Shown: piece by piece, positions 9,237-19,095 of the stretch
Layout of the letters: each line of letters opens with the position of its first letter
How positions within the stretch are numbered: the first letter of the stretch is position 1
IMG/VR virus record: IMGVR_UViG_3300005099_000288
DNA from: an uncultured virus (IMG/VR IMGVR_UViG_3300005099_000288)
Lineage: Duplodnaviria; Heunggongvirae; Uroviricota; Caudoviricetes
DNA length: 64,000 nt
Direction: 5' to 3' (one strand)
Position numbers and translations under genes: made by a program
Notes under the pieces: model-generated
Database searches by the model: none
Told to the model about the DNA's origin: nothing
The model's input: only the letters and a program-made list of their open reading frames with translations

Positions 9237-9718
9237 TTAATATACGACTCCAATTTTATTTGCTGTAACTTTATATAAAAATCATCTAAATTAAAAATAT
9301 CTTCAAAATTCTTATACGAAGCTTCAGTTTCATTAAATCCTAAAAATCCCCACAATTCAATAACAGATTTTGCACGATCTACTCTAATAACACCCTCTGC
9401 TCTAGTAACACCCTCCGAAGGACGATAAATCCAGAGAACATCAATTGAATCGTAGTATTTTCCAATAAAATCGCAGCAGGTTAGAGTAAATTCTGGGCAA
9501 GACCCACCTCTAGTAAGGGTGTTTACAATTTTCTCGAGTTTTGATATTTTAAGAGAAGAAACAAAGAGTTTTTTTCTATCTACAAACAACGCAAAGTATT
9601 TTTCTAACGAAGGTTTTGGAGGAAACTCTTCCACTATTTTATCCAGCACTCTTTGTAAATTGTCTTCAATCTTAAATTGTTTGAGGGCTTCACCGAATAT
9701 CAAGACATACCAAACCAC
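9233..9718 (-). CDS. MTWY-family paralog
   Basis: VWYVLIF...YFALFVDRKKLFVS...CDF...RPSEG...IFNLDDFY. Confidence 0.85.
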   Translation of the reverse strand: MVWYVLIFGEALKQFKIEDNLQRVLDKIVEEFPPKPSLEKYFALFVDRKKLFVSSLKISKLEKIVNTLTRGGSCPEFTLTCCDFIGKYYDSIDVLWIYRPSEGVTRAEGVIRVDRAKSVIELWGFLGFNETEASYKNFEDIFNLDDFYIKLQQIKLESYIK

Positions 9719-9722
9719 CAGA

Positions 9723-10181
9723 TCACCTCTTTTTTTCTTCTTTTATTTTTCGTAAGACTCTGTAGAAATCATCTAAATTAAAAATCTCTTCCAAGGTCTT
9801 ACACGAGACTTTTGTTTGTCTGAATCTCGGAAATTCCCATAATTCGACGGTACGTTCTTTCCGATATACAAACATAGATCCTTCGGATGGACGACAAATA
9901 TAAAAGACATCAGTAAAGGGATAATAATCTCCAACAAAATCACAGTAAGTTGGAGCAAGGTCTCTACAGGATTTACCTCTATTAATAGCATTTATAATTT
10001 TTTTGAGTTTGGATATTTTAAGATATGAAACGAAGGCTGCTCTTTTGTCTGTGAAAATTGCGAAATGTTGCCCGATTTTTTTGTGGGACTCCTCCACTAT
10101 TCTGTCCAAAACCCTTCGTAGATTGTCTCTGACTCCAAAATATTTAGGAACACCACCAAATATTACAACATACCATGTCAT
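9723..10181 (-). CDS. MTWY-family paralog
   Basis: MTWYVVIF...FAIFTDKRAAF...CDF...RPSEG...IFNLDDFY. Confidence 0.85.
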   Translation of the reverse strand: MTWYVVIFGGVPKYFGVRDNLRRVLDRIVEESHKKIGQHFAIFTDKRAAFVSYLKISKLKKIINAINRGKSCRDLAPTYCDFVGDYYPFTDVFYICRPSEGSMFVYRKERTVELWEFPRFRQTKVSCKTLEEIFNLDDFYRVLRKIKEEKKR

Positions 10182-10660
10182 TGAGAGTACCTCTTTTTCA
10201 TTTCTTGTCGTAGAACTCTGTAAAAACCTTCTAAATTAAAAACTTCTTTCAGTCTTTTGTATAGAGTGTCGGATCTACAAAAAGACTTATCTTTAATTCC
10301 AAATCCGTAGATATCAACCATTCCTGAACGCGTATACACGAGAAGACTGCCTTCTCCGGGTCTGTCTAGCCAGACGTTACTCCCAGCATGAAAACGCATT
10401 CCTGTGAAATCCCAATATCCTTTCGGAATATTACGATAAGCTGTATTGATTTTCTCAAAAACCCTTTCTAATTGGCTTCTTTTAATAGAAGACACGAAAA
10501 ATTTTCTCTTATCAGTGAACAAAAGATAGTAAGTCGTATGAGGTTTGTTCATTTCTGCCATTTTTTCTATAATCTTCTTCAGATTTTGGTGTGATTTAAA
10601 AGTTTCAAGTATTTTTCTCTGGGAATCAGCCATAATAACGTACCATACCAAAGTGATCAA
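10178..10660 (-). CDS. MTWY-family paralog
   Basis: VWYVIM...FTDKRKFF...GYWDF...WLDRPGEG...VFNLEGFY. Confidence 0.85.
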   Translation of the reverse strand: MITLVWYVIMADSQRKILETFKSHQNLKKIIEKMAEMNKPHTTYYLLFTDKRKFFVSSIKRSQLERVFEKINTAYRNIPKGYWDFTGMRFHAGSNVWLDRPGEGSLLVYTRSGMVDIYGFGIKDKSFCRSDTLYKRLKEVFNLEGFYRVLRQEMKKRYSQ

Positions 10661-10679
10661 GCCTCCATTTCAGTCTCTA

Positions 10680-11138
10680 CTAAACCTCGAGTCCTTCTTC
10701 ACGTAATACTTTATAAAAATCCTCTAAATTAAAAACTTTTGCCAAGTTTTTGTATAGAGTTTCGGATACGCGAACCTGATTTTCTGCAAGTCCAAATCCA
10801 TACAGAAATACAGATCTCCGAGAAAAATCTACACAGAGAGTCCCTTCTCCAGGTCTGTCAAGCCAAATTTCGTAATCATTACTAAAACAACCACTTATAA
10901 AGTCCCAGTATCCTCTAGGAAGAAATTCGTAGGAACTTCCAATTCTTCTTGCAACTTTCGCCAACTTATCCTTTTTAACAAGAGCCAAAAAAAGCTTTTT
11001 TATGTCAGTAAAGATAAAATAACCCAGAAATCTCGGACACGGAATATCCTCTAAAGTGTCTCTCAGATTCTTTTGTGATTCAAAAATCCTGCGTATATTT
11101 CCGTGAAAGTCAACTTTAATTATATACCACGTCATCAA
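10680..11138 (-). CDS. MTWY-family paralog
   Basis: MTWYII...FTDIKKLF...GYWDF...WLDRPGEG...VFNLEDFY. Confidence 0.85.
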   Translation of the reverse strand: MMTWYIIKVDFHGNIRRIFESQKNLRDTLEDIPCPRFLGYFIFTDIKKLFLALVKKDKLAKVARRIGSSYEFLPRGYWDFISGCFSNDYEIWLDRPGEGTLCVDFSRRSVFLYGFGLAENQVRVSETLYKNLAKVFNLEDFYKVLREEGLEV

Positions 11139-11141
11139 ATT

Positions 11142-11609
11142 TCACCTTCCTCTGTATATTCTATCAAAATCTTCCAGAGTGAAGACTTCACTCAATTTAT
11201 TGTAGAGGTATTCAGAATCCCAGAATTTCAAAGGGAATCCGCGAGAACTGACCTCATAAGATTTCAACCCTATGCGAAGAACTCCTTCTCGTGGATAATA
11301 GAGCCAAATATAACTAGGATCTCCCCATCCGATAAAAGTATAGTTTCCTTCAGGAATTTCTTCTGGCTCTGTCCACGGGGTAAGTCTATCAAACAGGTCC
11401 AGAATGTGAGGATGCCTGAGCAATGTAACAAAGAGTTTTTTCCTGTCCGTGAATATTGCAAAATATGATAACATTGAAGGAGGATAATGTTCTTCGGAGA
11501 ACTCTACTATTTTTTCTACAACATCTTTCAGACTACCTTCAACCTCAAGAATCTCCAAATTAACGGGTTTTATTCGTTTTCTTTTACATATAAGGATATA
11601 CCATGTCAT
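11142..11609 (-). CDS. MTWY-family paralog (start reassigned to MTWYILI at 11609)
   Basis: The family N-terminus begins at 11609; FTDRKKLF...WLYYPREG...VFTLEDF. Confidence 0.8.
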   Translation of the reverse strand: MTWYILICKRKRIKPVNLEILEVEGSLKDVVEKIVEFSEEHYPPSMLSYFAIFTDRKKLFVTLLRHPHILDLFDRLTPWTEPEEIPEGNYTFIGWGDPSYIWLYYPREGVLRIGLKSYEVSSRGFPLKFWDSEYLYNKLSEVFTLEDFDRIYRGR

Positions 11610-11625
11610 AATTCCCGTCCTCGTC

Positions 11626-12120
11626 TTAATATATGATGGATTCTGAGTATAATACTTTATGAAGATCTTCCATATTAAAGACATTTTCGAATTTTTCGTA
11701 GAGGCCTTTGATCCCACTACGAGTCTTCGCTGGAAATCCAAATATGGTAGTATTAGAGGGAATAGACGCAGTATTTATTAAAAGAGCTCCTCTACCTGGT
11801 AGGTCTAGCCAGAAAATCGTGCATGTCGGATCTTCCAGAGAAGCGCAAGACACGAGGAGATCACAAGATTCAGGAGACAAACTAAAATAATCTGGAACTA
11901 TTTTATATTGAATTCTTTTGTATTCTCTAAAAGATTTTTGGATCTTTTCTAAATGCCCTCTAATTACTGAAATAAAAGCTTTCCTTTTATCCTCAAACAA
12001 AAGAAACAATTTTTCACGTGTTTTAATGAGGAGTTCTAAGGTTTCTTTTAGACTTTTATCAATTTCACAAGTATCAAAAATTTTTCCTTCCTGTCCCAAT
12101 ATAATAACATACCATGTCAT
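11626..12120 (-). CDS. MTWY-family paralog
   Basis: MTWYVII...FEDKRKAF...WLDLPGRG...VFNMEDL. Confidence 0.85.
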   Translation of the reverse strand: MTWYVIILGQEGKIFDTCEIDKSLKETLELLIKTREKLFLLFEDKRKAFISVIRGHLEKIQKSFREYKRIQYKIVPDYFSLSPESCDLLVSCASLEDPTCTIFWLDLPGRGALLINTASIPSNTTIFGFPAKTRSGIKGLYEKFENVFNMEDLHKVLYSESIIY

Positions 12121-12599
12121 CAGATCCTTCCTCTTTTTTTGCCTATCTTTCGCTTTATAAAGAGTCCTAATATTTTATAAAAGTCATCCACACAGAAGAC
12201 TTCTCCCAATTTCTCGTATAAGATCTTAAATCGCCGTACTGAGCCCACAGGGATCCCAAATCCGTACACAAAAACTTCGGGAGTTTCAATATCTATTTTC
12301 AAACAACCCTCTTGGGGTTTATCTAGCCAAATAACTTCACGTACAAAATGTGATACGAAAAAATCACACAATCCAGTCGGTAAATCATTATACATAACAC
12401 GAGGTATAGAAAAATCCCGGGCATCCCTCAGATGTCCTCTAATTTCTGAGAGAAAAAGTTTCCTCTTATCATCAAATAGAAGGAAATACTCTTCTTTTTT
12501 CTTCGTGAGAAAATCTAAAACATACTTCAAACTTCCATTGATCTCGAAATATTCGGGAGTTTTCTTCTCTTTACTCAAAGCAATAACACACCACGTCAT
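12120..12599 (-). CDS. MTWY-family paralog
   Basis: MTWCVI...FDDKRKLF...CDFF...WLDKPQEG...VFCVDDFY. Confidence 0.85.
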   Translation of the reverse strand: MTWCVIALSKEKKTPEYFEINGSLKYVLDFLTKKKEEYFLLFDDKRKLFLSEIRGHLRDARDFSIPRVMYNDLPTGLCDFFVSHFVREVIWLDKPQEGCLKIDIETPEVFVYGFGIPVGSVRRFKILYEKLGEVFCVDDFYKILGLFIKRKIGKKRGRI

Positions 12600-12613
12600 C
12601 GAAATCTTCCCCT

Positions 12614-13084
12614 TTACTTTACAGTGGATTCTAATACTTTATAAAAATCCCCCATGTTAAATACATTCCTGAATTCCTCGTAAAGGCCTCTGACTCTACC
12701 AGGATATCTTCCCGAGAATCCGAATATATAATCTTCAGAAGGAACTGACGTAGTATCTATTCTAAGAAATCCTTCACGAGGTAGGTCTAAACAGAAAGTA
12801 TCACAGGATGAAGTACTACAAACCATAAAAATATCACAGCATCTGAGTGGTAATGTTCTATATTCTATAGTGGGGACTGTAAACCTTCCGAAACGTCTTT
12901 GAATATCACTCAGGTATCCCTTGACCATAGAAATAAAAATTTTCCTCTTATCATCGAACAAAAGAAAGTATTCTTCTCCCACTCCCATTAAAAAATCCAG
13001 AACGTCTCTCAAACTTTTGTCAATCTCGAAAGATTCAGAGATCTCCCCCTCCTTGTTTACTACGAGGATATACCACGTCATCAA
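12614..13084 (-). CDS. MTWY-family paralog
   Basis: MTWYILV...FDDKRKIF...LDLPREG...VFNMGDFY. Confidence 0.85.
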   Translation of the reverse strand: MMTWYILVVNKEGEISESFEIDKSLRDVLDFLMGVGEEYFLLFDDKRKIFISMVKGYLSDIQRRFGRFTVPTIEYRTLPLRCCDIFMVCSTSSCDTFCLDLPREGFLRIDTTSVPSEDYIFGFSGRYPGRVRGLYEEFRNVFNMGDFYKVLESTVK

Positions 13085-13599
13085 ATTTTTCCTCGTATTT
13101 TTTCTTCATATCTCCTGACAGGCTCAGATTTGAGGACTTCTTCTAGAGGAACCCCTGTGAATTTGGACATTTTCTTCGCATATTCGAGGGTCATCGGATG
13201 TAACTTCTTTTCTTTCACTATGATCACGGGTACTTTTTTTATTCCGAGCCTCAACGAAACAAGGGCGCGATGTCTTCCCTCGTGCTCAGGCCATCCGTGA
13301 ATCATTCTAGTATAATCCAAAAAAAGTGGCGGTAGTTTCTTCTTGTTTATTATAGCTTCTGTGATATGTTCTATTGAAGACTCAGACCAACCGTGCTCTA
13401 GATCCAGGACTGCAGAAATACCTGGAAATGCAGGATGTGGAACTTTTGACAAAAACTCCTCGGGTCTCATCCATACAAGTCTTGTGTCTTTGTCTGGCCA
13501 CCATTGTAGCATTCGCTTGAGTTCTTCTTCGTCTAGGGGATATTCAAGTCTCTCCTGAATTTCTCTGTAAATTTTCAACACTTCGTCCCATGTAGACAT
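13081..13599 (-). CDS. ParB/Srx-like domain protein
   Basis: LPPLFL...HEGRHRALVSLRLGIKKVPV matches the ParB N-terminal GxHR motif. Confidence 0.7.
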   Translation of the reverse strand: MSTWDEVLKIYREIQERLEYPLDEEELKRMLQWWPDKDTRLVWMRPEEFLSKVPHPAFPGISAVLDLEHGWSESSIEHITEAIINKKKLPPLFLDYTRMIHGWPEHEGRHRALVSLRLGIKKVPVIIVKEKKLHPMTLEYAKKMSKFTGVPLEEVLKSEPVRRYEEKIRGKI

Positions 13600-13606
13600 T
13601 GTAAAA

Positions 13607-13873
13607 CTACGAAAGGACCCCTTCTGCCAGTTTTGTTGCTACTCTATCAACGTAATGTTCATACATTGGATCTGTTCTTGGCATTCCGAACAATTTTTCA
13701 ACCATTCCTCTTGCTGTATTTTGTACCCAGTCTGTAGCTTTTACAACTTCCACTGCTTTTTCGAATGTTATGCCTTCTGGTAATTTTGCCTTCGGAGGAT
13801 CCAGAAGCAAATATGCCAATATTCCAGCAGTTCCGCAGACTACGACAAGATTTTTCAGATTCATGTGAATCAC
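13607..13873 (-). CDS. small membrane-anchored protein
   Basis: N-terminal hydrophobic helix; TATA and GGTGA upstream. Confidence 0.6.
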   Translation of the reverse strand: MIHMNLKNLVVVCGTAGILAYLLLDPPKAKLPEGITFEKAVEVVKATDWVQNTARGMVEKLFGMPRTDPMYEHYVDRVATKLAEGVLS

Positions 13874-13933
13874 CAGATTAAAATTTGCACAACTTCACAT
13901 TTAAAATTTTCTCTGAGTTATACCCTTAAACTG

Positions 13934-14195
13934 TTAGGCCTGTAAGGGTTTTCGAAAAATTATAGAGAAAAGCTCAAACTACTTAGTTTTTACTAGAAGA
14001 AGCTTATATTGAGCTTTTTCTAAATAAAGAGAAATTGACCTCTATTCAGAAAAATAAACCCAGAATAGTCTTATTTTATATTCCGTGTAGACTAAACCCC
14101 CTTTTGATCAAGATTTTTCTACTGTAGATCTAGGTGTACGGAAAGAAAATCATTAACGGAAAGGGGGTTTGATATTCTGAGTTTAAAAAATGACA
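13934..14195 (+). repeat. dispersed composite palindromic element, copy B
   Basis: TAGGCC start, four AGCT boxes, then the long inverted repeat AAACCCCCTTT...TGTAGATCTA...AAAGGGGGTTT. Confidence 0.85.
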
Positions 14196-14654
14196 CTAAA
14201 GTTTATCAGCAAGAATTTTCTCAGGGAATCTGATTTTTCCAGCTTCTTCCAAGACAATACCTTTCAGTTTCTCGAGAGGTATCACATACATGGAATCGGA
14301 GTGTTCTGTAAAAACAACATTTCTTCGCGTTAAAACAAGGAACCAATAACATCCGTCCTTAAATCGTACCAGCATGTAGGGAATCTTCACATTAGGTCCT
14401 AAAAATGCAAGAGCTCTCAGAAGGATTTTACTGTCTATGACCCTGTGTGGATTGAAAAGGGAATTTATTTCGTCTTGATTTCTAGAAATGACGTCTAAAA
14501 ATAATGTTTTCTTGTCCGAGTATATAAAATAACAAGATTTCTCACTGTTTGAATATTTGAAATGTGTTATTTTTGCAAGGTAGTATAAATCATTACAGAC
14601 TCTCCATATCTTATTTTCTGGGACTTCTAGCATATATAATTTTAACGGGTTCAT
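14196..14654 (-). CDS. distant MTWY-family member
   Basis: LYMLEVP...YFIYSDKKTLFLD; most similar to 56864..57358. Confidence 0.55.
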   Translation of the reverse strand: MNPLKLYMLEVPENKIWRVCNDLYYLAKITHFKYSNSEKSCYFIYSDKKTLFLDVISRNQDEINSLFNPHRVIDSKILLRALAFLGPNVKIPYMLVRFKDGCYWFLVLTRRNVVFTEHSDSMYVIPLEKLKGIVLEEAGKIRFPEKILADKL

Positions 14655-15100
14655 TTTCTCCTTTCCTGCAGAATTTTCTCAAGATCCCTGACACTAAAGA
14701 TTCTTTTCAGATCCTCGTAAAAATTACTTTCGTCATAAGAATCTAAGAATTCGTATAATCTAACTTTATGAAGCTGTCTATCTATTCGAAAGGCCCCTCT
14801 ACCCGGGTAGAATATCCAGAAAATATTCGTCCTATGGATGTAATCTCCGATAAAATCCCAGTACCCTGCAGGTATATCACGAAGAGTGGAACGTTTGGCT
14901 ATTCCCTCTATAATGTCTTTAGTCCAACTCTTTTTTATCAGTAGGATGAAGAAAGCTCTTCTATCCGTAAATATAGCAAAGTACCTAGAGGATTTCAGTC
15001 TTGTAGCAATTTCATCTAAAATATCTTTAAAACTTCCTTTGATCCAAAAATAATCCTGGATTTTCCCCTCTCTATCGAATATAATTACATACCAGGTCAT
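14651..15100 (-). CDS. MTWY-family paralog
   Basis: MTWYVIIF...YFAIFTDRRAFF...GYWDF...PGRG. Confidence 0.85.
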   Translation of the reverse strand: MTWYVIIFDREGKIQDYFWIKGSFKDILDEIATRLKSSRYFAIFTDRRAFFILLIKKSWTKDIIEGIAKRSTLRDIPAGYWDFIGDYIHRTNIFWIFYPGRGAFRIDRQLHKVRLYEFLDSYDESNFYEDLKRIFSVRDLEKILQERRK

Positions 15101-15196
15101 TCCTTCTCATCTCTTCTGGTCTTTTAAAATTCTTTCAAAATACCCTCTATTAAAAGTTCTCCATAAATTTCCACAGAACCACCTATTTACACAGTT

Positions 15197-15640
15197 TCAT
15201 TTCAAGAATTTTCCAAATTTTTCGAGAAACTGTTGTACGGTGTAGATTCCTGAAAGGTGATTTATTGAAAATTTATAATGGCTAGAAATATCAGAATTTG
15301 GATGTAAATAAAAATAAAGACATCCCTCTCCTTTAAAAAGGGAGATGAAGAAGTCTTCTCTTTCCGAACGATTTACCCACATGTAATCATAAAACGACTT
15401 GATTTCTGGCAGAATCTTGGAACCTATATAAAAAAGGAACGCTCGTTTTTTGTCTGTAAATATTGCTCGATCCTCGAAAGAACGTGTCTCATAAAGGTGT
15501 TCAAACAATATCTGGAAATCTCCAACAACACTGTATATTCCCCTGGGTTTTACGACAATATAATATGCTTGAGTTCCAGGAACTGTGAAAACTCCTTTAA
15601 AATTACTTGCAGGGATCATTCCAAAATAATTTCTACTCAA
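15197..15640 (-). CDS. distant MTWY-family member
   Basis: YYIVV...AIFTDKKRAFL...DFF. Confidence 0.5.
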   Translation of the reverse strand: MSRNYFGMIPASNFKGVFTVPGTQAYYIVVKPRGIYSVVGDFQILFEHLYETRSFEDRAIFTDKKRAFLFYIGSKILPEIKSFYDYMWVNRSEREDFFISLFKGEGCLYFYLHPNSDISSHYKFSINHLSGIYTVQQFLEKFGKFLK

Positions 15641-15708
15641 ATCTTAAAAAATATTCTTCCACTGACTGTTCTGGGTTCTTCTATGATTCTACTGGAACTC
15701 GTGTCAAT

Positions 15709-15954
15709 CTAGGACTTCAGTGCTTTCAGGATCTCCTCGATAAGTGCAACTATTTTCTCGGCCTCTTCTAACAATTCTTCCTCAGTGACTTTGTCGTCTT
15801 CCTTTATTTTTTTATAGTGTTCAATTGCTTCGGTTAATTTATCTTTTATCTGTTGCAATTCTGTAGGAGAAATCCTAGAACTGACAAATCTCCACACTGC
15901 TACTAAAGTTGTTATTACTCCACCAATAAACCCTTCGATAGCTCCTATATCCAT
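15709..15954 (-). CDS. small protein with N-terminal TM helix and acidic coiled coil
   Basis: Hydrophobic N-terminus; TATA and GGTGA upstream. Confidence 0.6.
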   Translation of the reverse strand: MDIGAIEGFIGGVITTLVAVWRFVSSRISPTELQQIKDKLTEAIEHYKKIKEDDKVTEEELLEEAEKIVALIEEILKALKS

Positions 15955-15998
15955 ATCAAATCACCATTTAAAAATTTCAGTCTCAACAAATAAAAACT

Positions 15999-16316
15999 TT
16001 ATTCCTGTCTGCAGTTAACTCCGAGGTATTTCATTATGAAATCGTCGTCGTGGAATAGTGAATCTTCATCCAGTGCCTGTTCAATCTTTGCATCTCTTAT
16101 AATTTTGCAAATTATGTTCACTCTTCTTTTTCTCGAGGATCTCTTATTTTTCTTACGTTTCGTGTGAAAATTTGTCCTACATTTTGAAGAGCAAAAAATG
16201 TTCTGTCCTGTTAAAAGTTTACCCAATTGCCACCTACTAGGTCTAAATTTCCTACCACAAAAAGAGCACTCTGTTTCAACATTTTTATAGGGATTTTCTT
16301 CCCAAAAGAAGAACAA
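15999..16316 (-). CDS. zinc-finger (TRASH/MYM-like) protein
   Basis: CSFCG...FCSSKC followed by a basic tract. Confidence 0.55.
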   Translation of the reverse strand: MFFFWEENPYKNVETECSFCGRKFRPSRWQLGKLLTGQNIFCSSKCRTNFHTKRKKNKRSSRKRRVNIICKIIRDAKIEQALDEDSLFHDDDFIMKYLGVNCRQE

Positions 16317-16458
16317 AACTGCACTTTTTCTTTTTTTACTTTCTTCTTCGAATAAGTGCAGATGCCTTCAAACTCTTATATCTCCGTACCGATTTACTGA
16401 AAGGGAAGTACTTAAATATCCTCTTGGATTTTCTAGAATTTTTCCATGGCCGATCCAT

Positions 16459-16659
16459 TTACTGTACTCTCTCACTTCCTCCGTTTGCTTCATAGCGCAT
16501 CGATTCTACAGCCTCTTCGGCCATCAAAGCAAAACACATAAGACCTGTTACCCATCCTATCACAAAGCAGGCAAAACCCTGCAAGTCACCTATTATATAC
16601 GACAATCCATCACCTGCAAATGTTATGATATAAAACAAATGAAACTTAAGTCTACTCAT
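16459..16659 (-). CDS. small membrane protein
   Basis: Two hydrophobic segments; GAGGTG RBS. Confidence 0.5.
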   Translation of the reverse strand: MSRLKFHLFYIITFAGDGLSYIIGDLQGFACFVIGWVTGLMCFALMAEEAVESMRYEANGGSERVQ

Positions 16660-17027
16660 TCATTAACACCTCTATCTCAATATTTCTCATTTTAATTTTA
16701 TTTTTAATAAAAGCTTTCTTATAAAAGCTTTCTTCTACTTCCCCTAATTCATCCACGTTCTATTGAGGATGATTGAGTAAAGTTTAAATATCTGGAATCT
16801 TTCAAATTTAACAGACTGATGATATGAGGTTACGTTGTTAGTTTTACATTCTTCTTTTGACTTTTTTTATCTTTTTCTCTTTTATTTAATGTATTTCATA
16901 CATCAAGGAAATTAAATTTTTATTTTAATTAAACAACAAGGTCCTTGTTATATAGGACAGAGACTTAATTTCCAGAAAGAAAAATAAACCTAAAATAAAC
17001 TTATTTTTCCGAAATATATTCTTCTTT

Positions 17028-17137
17028 CTGGCAGATTTATAAATTGCCAGTAAATTGAGAGAATACTAAAATTAATACTAAATTAATCTTATTTTTGAAA
17101 TTTAAAAGTATATTTCTGGCAAATTTGCATATTGCCA
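17028..17137. promoter_or_regulatory. pair of palindromic operator-like sites
   Basis: CTGGCAGATTTATAAATTGCCAG (17028-17050) and CTGGCAAATTTGCATATTGCCA (17116-17137). Confidence 0.55.
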
Positions 17138-17142
17138 AAAAC

Positions 17143-17334
17143 CTAAGATCTCAGTAATCCTGCGAGTAATGTCAAAATTACCATGATCATCAACCATCGA
17201 TTCCACTTAAGCTCTTTTGTTAAGGCTCTCAACTGGCAGTTTGTATCCTTGAGACACAGAAATACGAATTGTCTAAACTCTTTGTCGCCCATATTACGGA
17301 CATCGTCTAAAGAGATTTTCTCGAAATCCACCAT
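17143..17334 (-). CDS. small protein with C-terminal TM helix
   Basis: Coiled segment followed by WLMIMVILTLLAGLL. Confidence 0.6.
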   Translation of the reverse strand: MVDFEKISLDDVRNMGDKEFRQFVFLCLKDTNCQLRALTKELKWNRWLMIMVILTLLAGLLRS

Positions 17335-17379
17335 GTTGACCCCTCATCATTAAAATAACACAAATCTCGTATTTAAATA

Positions 17380-18435
17380 TTATTCTTTTCTTTCAACACA
17401 GAGGATATGATCTCCAAATTCCGTTGGTTTGTAGAATAAAGTCACATCTCTATTAGAAAACGGCATTAAATTTACTGAATAAGTATCGACTTCAGTACCA
17501 TCTTCAGTTAATCTAAGATCGAACAGATCAGACGAAAACCCTGCATTCTTGACATTAACTTCTACGCGACATACTTCTCCTATAACGACTTGTTCAGGCC
17601 ATTTGATACTCATAACAATTTCTGGAGGAAGTTTTATCGAAATACTAGGTTTATACAGGAGATATCCTGAAGCACCACACATCTCGAATGTCGAAATCCC
17701 ATCACTACTAAGAATATTATAGCAATCTTCGGTTGAAGTATCATAAGAACACGAGAATCCCTTAAGTAATTCCTTTCCAGTAGACACTAGATCTGATCTA
17801 TATCCCCAAGTACAATATGGAGGAACCAGAAATCCGAAAAGTAGCGGACCGTATAATACATTTTCGCCTTTATAAATAGTTATTCCTGTAGAGTTACAAC
17901 CCTCACGACACTCAGAAGTACCTACACATCCAAAACTTGGTATTCTTAAAGAATACCATTCTCCGAGAGTTATATTATATGATACCGTCTCTTTCATGTT
18001 ATATTTTGCACTCCAATTAAGAGTAGTTTCAATTGAAACCGGGTCAGTATCAGGTACTTCGATGTGATCCCATGTAACCCAAATATGTCTAGAGTCGCTA
18101 CTACCTGGATTCCCTGTATACTGAGCATTACCACAGTAAGGATCTCCTACAGGATGATATTTTTCAGGAATAATATAGGAGACGTCGAATGAAACATTTA
18201 TCGTATTACTCTTTATTGTCAAACCTACAATGCCATTATAGTACAAGAGTCCAATAAATTTGTCTCCTTTCCATACTTCAAATTGTACAGTCCTTTTTCC
18301 TGTATCATAATCAGTTCTGATTGGTACTCTTAGTTTTATTGTATAATCTGAGATAGGAACATTCCAACTCCAATAACTATAATATGTATCAGGTCCTACA
18401 TATGCGATTTCAGGACAAGGATTGTTAAGTATCAT
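17380..18435 (-). CDS. beta-rich surface protein with C-terminal CARDB/Ig-like domain lacking its last strand (putative fibre tip)
   Basis: VEVNVKNAG...YKPTEFGDHILCVE ends right after the F strand. Confidence 0.6.
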   Translation of the reverse strand: MILNNPCPEIAYVGPDTYYSYWSWNVPISDYTIKLRVPIRTDYDTGKRTVQFEVWKGDKFIGLLYYNGIVGLTIKSNTINVSFDVSYIIPEKYHPVGDPYCGNAQYTGNPGSSDSRHIWVTWDHIEVPDTDPVSIETTLNWSAKYNMKETVSYNITLGEWYSLRIPSFGCVGTSECREGCNSTGITIYKGENVLYGPLLFGFLVPPYCTWGYRSDLVSTGKELLKGFSCSYDTSTEDCYNILSSDGISTFEMCGASGYLLYKPSISIKLPPEIVMSIKWPEQVVIGEVCRVEVNVKNAGFSSDLFDLRLTEDGTEVDTYSVNLMPFSNRDVTLFYKPTEFGDHILCVERKE

Positions 18436-18438
18436 CGT

Positions 18439-19065
18439 TCAGCTGTAACTTACAGAAACACAAATTTCTTTACTACCAGTTCCACAATAGTATGCATCCG
18501 TGTGGAGATACCCCGTTTTTGTTATAGTTTCATCCGGATCTAGATAGAACGAATACTCATTGAAGGTAGTTCCGTTACAAGTAAACCTCAATTCTACGTA
18601 CGCTGAAGCTCCTCCTGTATTCTGTAATGTACAATAAACGTAGACGGTTTCTCCTAACATCGCAGTATCTTTATTCAGGTGAAAATCGGTTATTATTACT
18701 TCAGGTTCTGATGGAGCAGTTACTTTAACACTTCTCGAATCGTAACAATCAGTCCCAGAATAACTCGGACATCCATGTTCTCCATACGCAACAAGGGCTG
18801 CTATTTTCACTGTATAATATCCTTCAGATGCAGTAGACTTACATCGATAATCTGCCCATGCTAAATAACTATCTGCAGGTATGCACACTGTACTCTTAGC
18901 TATGAACTCAAATGCGTCTGAATCTGCGTATGGTGAAAGATAATAGTTTTTTGCATTATATATCCATAGTGACAGTCGAATCTCGTCTCCTGGTTCTATA
19001 TTTACGTCTGGATAATAACCGCCTTTCGTTTTGTTATATATTTTGAGCTCTCCCGTGTAACACAT
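18439..19065 (-). CDS. two-Ig-domain surface protein (CARDB-like) with incomplete C-terminal domain
   Basis: GETVYVYCTLQNTGG...LDPDETIT...KEICVSVSYS at the end. Confidence 0.6.
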   Translation of the reverse strand: MCYTGELKIYNKTKGGYYPDVNIEPGDEIRLSLWIYNAKNYYLSPYADSDAFEFIAKSTVCIPADSYLAWADYRCKSTASEGYYTVKIAALVAYGEHGCPSYSGTDCYDSRSVKVTAPSEPEVIITDFHLNKDTAMLGETVYVYCTLQNTGGASAYVELRFTCNGTTFNEYSFYLDPDETITKTGYLHTDAYYCGTGSKEICVSVSYS

Positions 19066-19095
19066 ATCGCATCCTCCTGTATTCCCCCAAATTTA

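Noticed and set aside
8893..15100. Diversity-generating retroelement behind the paralog array
   Set aside because: No reverse transcriptase and no near-identical TR/VR pair with adenine-specific differences were seen.
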